Shown here one piece after another: positions 37,691-45,467 of a DNA stretch of 64,000 nucleotides (position 1 is the stretch's first letter; the number at the start of each line of letters is the position of its first letter). A program made the position numbers and the translations under genes. Under the pieces are notes generated by a model that had not been told where the DNA came from, searched no databases, and saw only the letters and a program-made list of their open reading frames with translations. The DNA is taken from the IMG/VR virus record IMGVR_UViG_3300033145_002422; one strand, given 5' to 3'. Source of the stretch: a virus. Lineage: Duplodnaviria > Caudoviricetes.

Positions 37691-40012
37691 ATGTCAAAAA
37701 ATGTAGGTAAAGATATTGTTTTGGAAAATTTGAAGGGTTTCATTAAAAAAGGAGCGTCATCAAATATAATAGGTTGTGTTCCAACTGGACATTTTAAGTT
37801 AGATTACATTATACATCATGGAGTTTCTCCAGACGAAGTTGATCTTAGCGAAGACAGTGATTACGATCCGTCTAAATTTTTGGGCATACCTCTAGGAAAA
37901 GTTGTGGAGATTTTTGGAGAAGAGGGAGGAGGAAAATCTTCACTTGCTTATCGAATTGTTGGGTATGCTCAAAAGATGGGTTTAGATTGTGCATGGATTG
38001 ATACTGAGAGATCATTTTCTGATAACTTAGCTTTAATCAATGGCGTTAATAGGGATGAGTTATATTATTCAGATATGATAAATCCAGAGAATCCTGATGA
38101 GCCGTATTATGCTGAAAATGTTTTCGATGCTATTACTACTTTATGTAAAAGCAATATGGGAGTTATAGTATTAGATTCTGTTGCTAATTTGGTTCCGAAA
38201 GCTAGAATGGAAAAGACAGCAGAGCAGGCTACGGTAGGAATTATTGCTAAGCTAATGTCTGAGAATATGGGAAAGATAGTTAATTACGCTGCAAAGCATA
38301 ATACATTAGTAATTTTTATTAACCAGCTTAGAGAAAAAATAGGTATTATGTTCGGATGTTTCCATTATAATGCTAGAGTTGTTCTAGAGGATGGCTCAAC
38401 TGAAAAGATCGGCAAAATTGTAAATAATAAGATGGATGTAAAAGTAATGTCTTATAATCCCAAGACTGGAGCAATCGAGCCTAAGAAGATTATAGATTGG
38501 CATGATAATGGCAACTTAGGAGAAGATGAATATTTTCTTCAGATAGTTGCTGAAAAACATGGGGGAAATGGGGTATCTAATATTTCATGTACTCCCAATC
38601 ATGTTATTTTTGCTGACCCTATTTTCGATATTAAAAAGAATAGGTGGTTAGCTAAAGAAATGAAAGCGGAAGAACTCCAGATTGATGAAGAAGTTTTAGT
38701 TGCTCAGCCTTACTATTTGAACGATATTCAAAAGCAAGTTGTTTATGGTTCTATTTTGGGAGATGGCAGCATAAAGGGTGGTAAAAGGGATGATTCTTGT
38801 TCGCATTTGAGACTAGGACATGGAATAGATCAGAAAGAATACTTGGATTGGAAAATTGATATTCTGTCTCCATGGATAGGATGGCAGGGAGGAAAGAAAA
38901 ATGGGAAAGCGGTTTTTGCCGACACTATCCCTATGTTTGAACTAAACAAGTGGAAATATAAAACAAGTTTTGGAAATAATTGCTGCAATGTTATTCCAAA
39001 TGATGTAGTAAATAATTTAGATGTTTTAGGTCTTTCTATTTGGTATCTGGATGATGGTAGTTTTGGTGGAAACTATTCCAAGTGGGGAAATGGGAAATCC
39101 TATATAGCGTGTACAAAATTTGCAAATAGAGGAAACATGATGGAAGCATTCTATAGACTGGGATTGTCTCCTAGTTTTAGAGATAGAGGTTTTGTATTTG
39201 ATTCTGAAAATACTAAGAAGTTGCATTCTTTGATTTGTAAGTTTGTTCCACCTTGTATGGATTATAAATTGCATCCCAACTTCAGGGGAAAATATGATTT
39301 TGTTATAGATGATGATGAACCTCAAATTCGATACGAAGCTGTACCAGCGAGAATTATTAATATCTATAAGAAGCCAGAGACAAGAACAAAGAAGAAGTTC
39401 GATTTGACTATCGAAGATAATGCTACATATTTAGTAGATGGAGTTGTTGTGCATAATTCACCAGAAACAACTCCAGGTGGAAGAAGTTTAAAACATAATT
39501 CGTCTTTAAGAATAAAAATTTCTAAGAAAAGTGGTAAAGATGCTAATATTTATACTACTAACGATAACGGAAATGAAATTCTTATTGGCAGATATGCTTA
39601 TGTTAGGATAGAAAAAAATAGATTTGCAAAACCTTTTTTTGATTCTTTAGAAGTTCCTATTTACTATGAACCATATTTCCCAGATGTAGAAGAAATTATG
39701 TTTGATGTTGGTCGCCAAATAAAATTGATTTCTGTAAGAAAAGGTATATATAAATGGGGAGAAAATATTAGAGTAGAAGGGAAGAAAAATTTTATTGATT
39801 ATATTCGAATGAATAATTTACAGTTGCAACTTGCAAAAGAAATTGAAGAAAAATCTAAAGAATCAGGAGTTATTTTACCACCAGAAATAGTGAAATGGAT
39901 TAGCGATAATAAATTAGAAGAGACAATTATAAAAAATGAGGTTGGAGAATTAGATGAGAAATCAACCAATGAGAAAACTTCTTCCAGAAGTAGAAAGAAA
40001 GAAAATAGTTGA
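37691..40012 (+). CDS. recA: RecA recombinase with intein
   Basis: GKVVEIFGEEGGGKS, IDTE, VLDSVA, IFINQLREKIGIMFG/SPETTPGG, KNR. Confidence 0.95.
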   Translation: MSKNVGKDIVLENLKGFIKKGASSNIIGCVPTGHFKLDYIIHHGVSPDEVDLSEDSDYDPSKFLGIPLGKVVEIFGEEGGGKSSLAYRIVGYAQKMGLDCAWIDTERSFSDNLALINGVNRDELYYSDMINPENPDEPYYAENVFDAITTLCKSNMGVIVLDSVANLVPKARMEKTAEQATVGIIAKLMSENMGKIVNYAAKHNTLVIFINQLREKIGIMFGCFHYNARVVLEDGSTEKIGKIVNNKMDVKVMSYNPKTGAIEPKKIIDWHDNGNLGEDEYFLQIVAEKHGGNGVSNISCTPNHVIFADPIFDIKKNRWLAKEMKAEELQIDEEVLVAQPYYLNDIQKQVVYGSILGDGSIKGGKRDDSCSHLRLGHGIDQKEYLDWKIDILSPWIGWQGGKKNGKAVFADTIPMFELNKWKYKTSFGNNCCNVIPNDVVNNLDVLGLSIWYLDDGSFGGNYSKWGNGKSYIACTKFANRGNMMEAFYRLGLSPSFRDRGFVFDSENTKKLHSLICKFVPPCMDYKLHPNFRGKYDFVIDDDEPQIRYEAVPARIINIYKKPETRTKKKFDLTIEDNATYLVDGVVVHNSPETTPGGRSLKHNSSLRIKISKKSGKDANIYTTNDNGNEILIGRYAYVRIEKNRFAKPFFDSLEVPIYYEPYFPDVEEIMFDVGRQIKLISVRKGIYKWGENIRVEGKKNFIDYIRMNNLQLQLAKEIEEKSKESGVILPPEIVKWISDNKLEETIIKNEVGELDEKSTNEKTSSRSRKKENS
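38357..39457 (+). mobile_element. Intein (367 aa, LAGLIDADG) at RecA GIMFG|SPETT site
   Basis: CFHYNARV...CTPNH...GSILGDG...WYLDDG...VVHN|S. Confidence 0.93.
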
Positions 40013-40679
40013 ATTATCTCAGCATGAACTTAAAACAAAAGAGGGAAAAAAAGCTTATGAATATTTAAAAGAAGAAAGAAAAATTACAGATAAAATAATA
40101 GAAGAATTTAGAATAGGTTATATTCCTAATTGGGTAACTAATTTGCATGATGATAAACACGAATTTGCTGGAAGAATAATATTTCCCATATATAATCAAT
40201 ATGATGAATTAGTTGCATTATCTTCAAGGGATTGGAGACAGGATACTGGAATGAAATTTTTTCATGAAATGTATAGAAAAAGAAATTATTTATATGGATT
40301 AAATGTAGCTAAGAAAAATATTTTACAAAATAAAAAAGCAATAGTTGTAGAAGGGGAATTTGATGTTTTATCTCTTCATTCTGTTGGAATCGATTGTGCA
40401 GTAGGTATGTTAGGGAGTTCTTTTCATTTGGAGCAAATTTCTTTATTAAGTAGATATTGTCAATATATATATATGTCATTTGACGGAGATTCTGCTGGAG
40501 CAGAGAGTATGAAAAAGGTTTCACTTTTATGTAGTCAAAGAAATTTTAGAAGTATGTTTGATTTGTCTTTAATACCATCTATTTTACCAGAAAAAGTTGA
40601 TCCTGATGAATTTGTACATAGTTATGGAGCAAAGAAGTTTATAGAATTATTAATAAAATCAAAAAATGAATTTTTATAA
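39954..40679 (+). CDS. dnaG: DNA primase catalytic core (TOPRIM), lacking zinc-binding and helicase-binding domains
   Basis: YLKEERKI...FRIGY, FAGRIIFPI, LYGL, VEGEFD, FDGDSAG, KVDPDEF. Confidence 0.88.
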   Translation: MRNQPMRKLLPEVERKKIVELSQHELKTKEGKKAYEYLKEERKITDKIIEEFRIGYIPNWVTNLHDDKHEFAGRIIFPIYNQYDELVALSSRDWRQDTGMKFFHEMYRKRNYLYGLNVAKKNILQNKKAIVVEGEFDVLSLHSVGIDCAVGMLGSSFHLEQISLLSRYCQYIYMSFDGDSAGAESMKKVSLLCSQRNFRSMFDLSLIPSILPEKVDPDEFVHSYGAKKFIELLIKSKNEFL

Positions 40680-40695
40680 ATACAAAGGGAATTAA

Positions 40696-41715
40696 ATGCA
40701 TATTTTTTATGAATCAATTTCAAAAAAGTCTCAAACTATTTTAGAGTTAATAGATACGTATTGTAGATGGAGAAAAAAAAATGAACCTCCTAGAGGATAT
40801 GAAATTTTTCATCCGTCTGCTTTTGGAAAGTGTCTTAGAAATATGCAGTATTTGCAGTATTCTGAGAAGGGGATTAAAGGTATGACCCTTCCAGAAGAAG
40901 AATTTTCTGGAAAACAAATACGTTTATTTGATAAAGGCAATGGGATGCATAGTAGATGGGCAAAATATTTTGAAGAAATAGGGATATTAAGGGGAGTGTG
41001 GCAATGTTCAAATCCATTATGTAAATTGGTAGATGATGATGGTATAATTAGAGGGACATCTTCCGCAGATGGAGTTTCTGCTATAGATATATATAAAAAA
41101 ACTTCAAGATTTTATGGAAAAGAAGAAATACATGGAGTGTTTAAACCTAAAGTTTGTGTTTGCGGGTGTAGGGATTTTAAATATCATGAGGTAAGTGTTA
41201 AGAGTAAAGAATTAGGAATGTATGGACATGCAGATATGATTTTGGATTTTTCAGTTTTAGAAAAAGATAAGTTTGATAGCGTTAAAGCCACTTTTGATAT
41301 AAAGGAATTTCCTACTAAACCAATAGTTATTGATATGAAAACATGTAATAATTTTGCATTTTCAAAATTAAGTAGTAATGGGCCTTATTCTGCGTATCAG
41401 ATACAGTTAGTAATTTATTCAAACATATTAGATTGCGAGTTTGGAGTTCTAATTTATGAAAATAAGGATAATTCTGAAGCTAAGGCATTCCAGATAAATA
41501 AGAGCACAGATACTGCTTTTGCTGAAATTAAAAAGCAAGCTAAAACAATGATAGAAATGTCAAAGCATAATATCTTGCCGCCACCAAGACCAGCATCTAA
41601 AGATTGTTTTGAATGTAGAAAATGCCAATTTAGAACTTTGTGTCATAGTTCTAAAATATGGAATGATGATAATCTTAATAAATTAAGAAAAGAGTTTTAT
41701 GGAATTTTACTGTAA
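40696..41715 (+). CDS. Cas4-like PD-(D/E)XK exonuclease
   Basis: PSAFGKC, GNGMH, GHAD, IDMKT, YQIQLVIY, CFECRKCQFRTLC. Confidence 0.8.
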   Translation: MHIFYESISKKSQTILELIDTYCRWRKKNEPPRGYEIFHPSAFGKCLRNMQYLQYSEKGIKGMTLPEEEFSGKQIRLFDKGNGMHSRWAKYFEEIGILRGVWQCSNPLCKLVDDDGIIRGTSSADGVSAIDIYKKTSRFYGKEEIHGVFKPKVCVCGCRDFKYHEVSVKSKELGMYGHADMILDFSVLEKDKFDSVKATFDIKEFPTKPIVIDMKTCNNFAFSKLSSNGPYSAYQIQLVIYSNILDCEFGVLIYENKDNSEAKAFQINKSTDTAFAEIKKQAKTMIEMSKHNILPPPRPASKDCFECRKCQFRTLCHSSKIWNDDNLNKLRKEFYGILL

Positions 41716-41786
41716 ACTAATGGTTTTTGAGGTAATTATCGATATATTATTTGTACTTAATGTTGACTTTTAATGGAGGATAAAAT

Positions 41787-42143
41787 ATGAAAGATTATAG
41801 CGAAGAGAGTGAAGAAAAAATGGAAGTAAAAGGATCTAGACAGAATAGTTCTAATCTTCTTTTGATTAAGGGTAATTTTGATAGTAAGGAAGATGCAAAA
41901 AGTTATGTTAAAAAACTTTCTCAGGCCATTTTGGTTGTTATTCAAAAATATGGTTCTGCTAAGCTTAGATGTGTTGGGGCAGCAGCAATAAATAATGCGA
42001 CAAAAGCGGAAATTATTGCTAGCGGAGAAGCCAAAAAGAAAGGAACTAATTTAGCCATCATCCCTAGCTTTATGACAGTTGTTTTTGGAAAAAACGATGA
42101 AAGAACGGCAGTAGTTTTGGAAGTTATTAAATTACTACAATAA
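41787..42143 (+). CDS. spoVS: SpoVS-family (Alba-fold) protein
   Basis: LRCVGAAAINNATKA.IIA.G......G.NLAIIPSF.......ERTAVVL matches SpoVS signature. Confidence 0.8.
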   Translation: MKDYSEESEEKMEVKGSRQNSSNLLLIKGNFDSKEDAKSYVKKLSQAILVVIQKYGSAKLRCVGAAAINNATKAEIIASGEAKKKGTNLAIIPSFMTVVFGKNDERTAVVLEVIKLLQ

Positions 42144-42224
42144 AATTTATTAAATAAGGGGAAATAAAGCGATTGATATATAGGACATACTATCAATTGC
42201 TTCATTTTTATAGGAGGAAATAGA

Positions 42225-42830
42225 ATGTATATTAATAGACAAAAAATATTTGAAATAATGGATGATGAAAATGTTATACCATTAGAAAATGAATCTGAAA
42301 TAGAAGATTTGATAGTAACTATACATGGATTAAATAATAGATTAGATTTTCTTAAAAAACTAAAAGAAAATAGAATTGAAAAAATTAATGAAGATATAGA
42401 AAAATATAGTGTTAGAAAGAAAAGATTACAAGATGTAATTATTGCAACATTAGAAAATATTAATGAAAAATCTTTAAGTTTTCCAGGTATTGGAAAAGTT
42501 ACTGTTAAGCATCCAAAAGGAAAATGGGAAATAAATAATGAAGAAGAATTAATAGGATTGCTTAAAAAAGAATTAAGTAAATGCGATTTTGATGCAGTAG
42601 TTCCTTCTAAGCTGTTTATAGCGAAGAAGGAATTGAATAAAATACTTGATGTTTGGGAGAAGTCTGGAAAATTACCCATATCTGTCGAAAGGGAAAAAAA
42701 GGGTTCTTCTTTAACAGTTACTATAGAGAAAAATATATCTAGTGATATATTAGAAGAAGATGATAAGGTAGATGAGTCATTGGATGATAAGGATATAACA
42801 AATAAAGGATACGATAGTATAACGATATAG
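42225..42830 (+). CDS. Gam/Gp157-like coiled-coil protein (putative host nuclease inhibitor)
   Basis: Coiled coil then KSLSFPGIGKV...KKELNK; SD aggagg. Confidence 0.5.
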   Translation: MYINRQKIFEIMDDENVIPLENESEIEDLIVTIHGLNNRLDFLKKLKENRIEKINEDIEKYSVRKKRLQDVIIATLENINEKSLSFPGIGKVTVKHPKGKWEINNEEELIGLLKKELSKCDFDAVVPSKLFIAKKELNKILDVWEKSGKLPISVEREKKGSSLTVTIEKNISSDILEEDDKVDESLDDKDITNKGYDSITI

Positions 42831-42832
42831 CT

Positions 42833-44710
42833 ATGAAAAGATTTACATATAAAAAAGAACTAACAGTAGAAGATGTTTTAAAAACATTACAGAAGTTTTA
42901 TGATAAAATGCCAGAAACATCTGGATGTTTAGAAAATATAAATAAAGAGAATGGATGCGGAGGCTGGTGCTGCCTAGCCGAAGGCACTATGATATATACT
43001 CCATGCGGTCTCGTCTCTATAGAACAACTCAAGCCTGGAGATCCTGTTTTTACAAAAAACGGGTTGAGCAGAGTTGTTAGAACAGGTAGTAGGAAGATCG
43101 CTGAAGACGTATGCGAAATAACTACTTGTTATGGAAGGAAAATAAAACTAACCAAAGACCACAGGGTTTTTGTTGATTTTATAACTAGAAAGGGAAGATA
43201 CATATATGACAAATCTGAATTTGTTGAAGCTGGATCGTTGGTGTCAAAAAATGGAAAAACATTGCCAGGACATTATGTTATTTTTCCCAAGATTAAAATC
43301 AAAGAAAATAAAAATCCCATTTATATACAAGTCAGTAATTTCGCTAATGTTTTCGAATGTAAAGAGGGCGATAATTTTTCTAAAGATGAAATATATTGCT
43401 ACGCATCATCACAAAAAAGAGGTCATAAAATAAAAGATCATGTTTTGTTAAGTCAGGATTTTTGTTGGATTTTAGGGCTATATTTAGCAGAGGGGTCAAC
43501 TGGAGATAGCAGCATAGATTTTCATATAAGTTCAGATGAAAAAGATATATTAAATAAGATAGAAAAATTTGCTAAATTTTTTGATCTTTATTGTTCTAAT
43601 AAAATTAATAGAGGAAAAAGTAAAACCGTTAGAGTCTTCAGTAGAGTATTATCTAGATTTTTCAAAAGCGTTTGCGGTTCCGGATGTGAAAATAAAAAAC
43701 TAGACGATAAATTGTTCAAACTGATTGTATCAAACGAAAACTTGAGAATGGCATTTCATTCGGGTTTATATGCTGGAGATGGAACTAAAAAACTATCCGA
43801 AAAAATAAAATATTCTTATACTACAACATCTATCGCTTTGTCAAACCAAATTTTGTTTTTAAACTATTTAGAAAATGAGTTTCCTATTTTTTTTCACGGT
43901 AAACCCAAAAACAGAAAAGAATGTTTTACAATTTCAATTTCTGATGGAAAATTCAAAGATTATGTCGAAACAGATAATGATTTTAGGATTCCCATAAGGA
44001 ATATAGATATTGTAAAATATAAAGGTAATGTATACGATATAGAGGTAGCAAATGGAGAGTCTTTTTTAACCGAAGCTGGAGAGGTTCATAATTGCAAATA
44101 TCAGTCACCGCAAGTTCTTAATATAGAATTTATAAATACATGGGATTTTGTACTTAATAATTTTTCGAATGAAGAAATATTTGAGTTGCTTGAGAAATCT
44201 ATTAGAAATTATTTATCTAATGATTTTTCTAAAGGATGTATATTTTGGAATAAAGAAACTAAATTATGTAAGATACATACTGCTAGACCTTTTAATTGTT
44301 ATTTATACGGAATTACTCCGAAAGAAGAATTTACTGAAAGATACGATAGGATGAAGAGGGAACATAAGAATGAGTTTGGAGCAGTTATAAGACAACAATG
44401 CGATTTGGTTTCTACCGTTAATTGTGATATGCCAACAGTTGAAGAAACTGAAAAGTTGTGGAAAGAATTGATAGATATAGAAAAAAATATAGGTATAGAT
44501 GCAAGTTTAATACATGACGGAGATGGTGGAACATATAGAACTTATCATGATTACATTTTGATTAAGTTACTTCCAGAGAGTTCTTTAAGCGATATGACAA
44601 CATTGAGATTGTATGGAGAAATAGAAGAAAAAGAGCAATTTGTATGTAATTTTATGTCTTCTTTTAGAAAAGCATATACAAAAATCGAAGAAAAGGAGAG
44701 AAATAAGTAA
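42833..44710 (+). CDS. YkgJ/FliB-like cysteine-cluster (Fe-S or Zn) protein with intein
   Basis: After splicing CGGWC|C; later CIFW...CKIHTARPFNCYLYG typical of CxxCxxCC family. Confidence 0.75.
   Translation: MKRFTYKKELTVEDVLKTLQKFYDKMPETSGCLENINKENGCGGWCCLAEGTMIYTPCGLVSIEQLKPGDPVFTKNGLSRVVRTGSRKIAEDVCEITTCYGRKIKLTKDHRVFVDFITRKGRYIYDKSEFVEAGSLVSKNGKTLPGHYVIFPKIKIKENKNPIYIQVSNFANVFECKEGDNFSKDEIYCYASSQKRGHKIKDHVLLSQDFCWILGLYLAEGSTGDSSIDFHISSDEKDILNKIEKFAKFFDLYCSNKINRGKSKTVRVFSRVLSRFFKSVCGSGCENKKLDDKLFKLIVSNENLRMAFHSGLYAGDGTKKLSEKIKYSYTTTSIALSNQILFLNYLENEFPIFFHGKPKNRKECFTISISDGKFKDYVETDNDFRIPIRNIDIVKYKGNVYDIEVANGESFLTEAGEVHNCKYQSPQVLNIEFINTWDFVLNNFSNEEIFELLEKSIRNYLSNDFSKGCIFWNKETKLCKIHTARPFNCYLYGITPKEEFTERYDRMKREHKNEFGAVIRQQCDLVSTVNCDMPTVEETEKLWKELIDIEKNIGIDASLIHDGDGGTYRTYHDYILIKLLPESSLSDMTTLRLYGEIEEKEQFVCNFMSSFRKAYTKIEEKERNK
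42971..44092 (+). mobile_element. Intein (374 aa, LAGLIDADG) in YkgJ-like protein
   Basis: CLAEGT...LTKDH...LGLYLAEG...GLYAGDG...VYDIEV...EVHN|C. Confidence 0.92.
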
Positions 44711-45063
44711 TGAATGAACAGCAGAAGGTAAAAATAATAAAATCTAAATATCATAAGGAAAAAGATGTTGTAGAATGGTTGATAGAGTTTGTTTCTGACA
44801 AAAAAAGAATAACAATGGTTTGGCCTTCTAATGATTTGGGGATTGCTTTAGGAATAACTAAAGATATACCTATAGAGGAAATGGAAAAATTTTGTAAAGA
44901 TATAAAGGGAAAAGAAATAAATCTTGTTATAGAATCAGATATGAAGGATATTCCATCTTTCAAGGATGCAACAGATGATCAAATTGATAATATGAGTAAG
45001 GTTATCGATAAATATCCATTTTTTGAATCCATAGAAATACAGGGGGATACTGATTCGAAATGA
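44710..45063 (+). CDS. Hypothetical protein
   Basis: Coupled ORF (TAATG overlap). Confidence 0.55.
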   Translation: MNEQQKVKIIKSKYHKEKDVVEWLIEFVSDKKRITMVWPSNDLGIALGITKDIPIEEMEKFCKDIKGKEINLVIESDMKDIPSFKDATDDQIDNMSKVIDKYPFFESIEIQGDTDSK

Positions 45064-45464
45064 AATTATATTTTTTTGGTAGCGAAGAATGTGAGACATG
45101 TCAATTAATGCTTTCTATATTAGATAAGGGTGGTATATTTAATATAAGTAATCTTGAATTTGTTTCCATTGATGCTTTCTCTGAAGAACATAAAAGTTTT
45201 TGTGACGAATACGATATAGATGAAATACCTCATATGAAATTAGTTGATGATCGTAATGAATTAATTTTTGAAAGAATAGGAATATTTCATCCAGATATGA
45301 TAAAGGAAATCATTTTTGATGGAGAATATGAAAAAGATGAAGATAGTGATAGCGATTTTGATTATGATATAGAAGATGGTGATGTAGACAATGTAGAAGA
45401 TATGCTAGAAGACGATTTATATTATGATATAAGATATTTCCGTTCTAATAAAGAAGAAGAATAA
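45060..45464 (+). CDS. Thioredoxin-fold protein
   Basis: FFGSEECETC (CxxC), YDIDEIP cis-Pro motif. Confidence 0.7.
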   Translation: MKLYFFGSEECETCQLMLSILDKGGIFNISNLEFVSIDAFSEEHKSFCDEYDIDEIPHMKLVDDRNELIFERIGIFHPDMIKEIIFDGEYEKDEDSDSDFDYDIEDGDVDNVEDMLEDDLYYDIRYFRSNKEEE

Positions 45465-45467
45465 TAA

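Noticed and set aside
40696-41715. CRISPR-Cas locus
   Set aside because: Cas4-like gene is solitary; no cas1/cas2 or repeat-spacer array visible
41942-42679. 245-aa minus-strand ORF and other short antisense or nested ORFs in the track
   Set aside because: Shadows of well-supported plus-strand genes, with no SD or motifs and F/S/I/L-rich antisense composition
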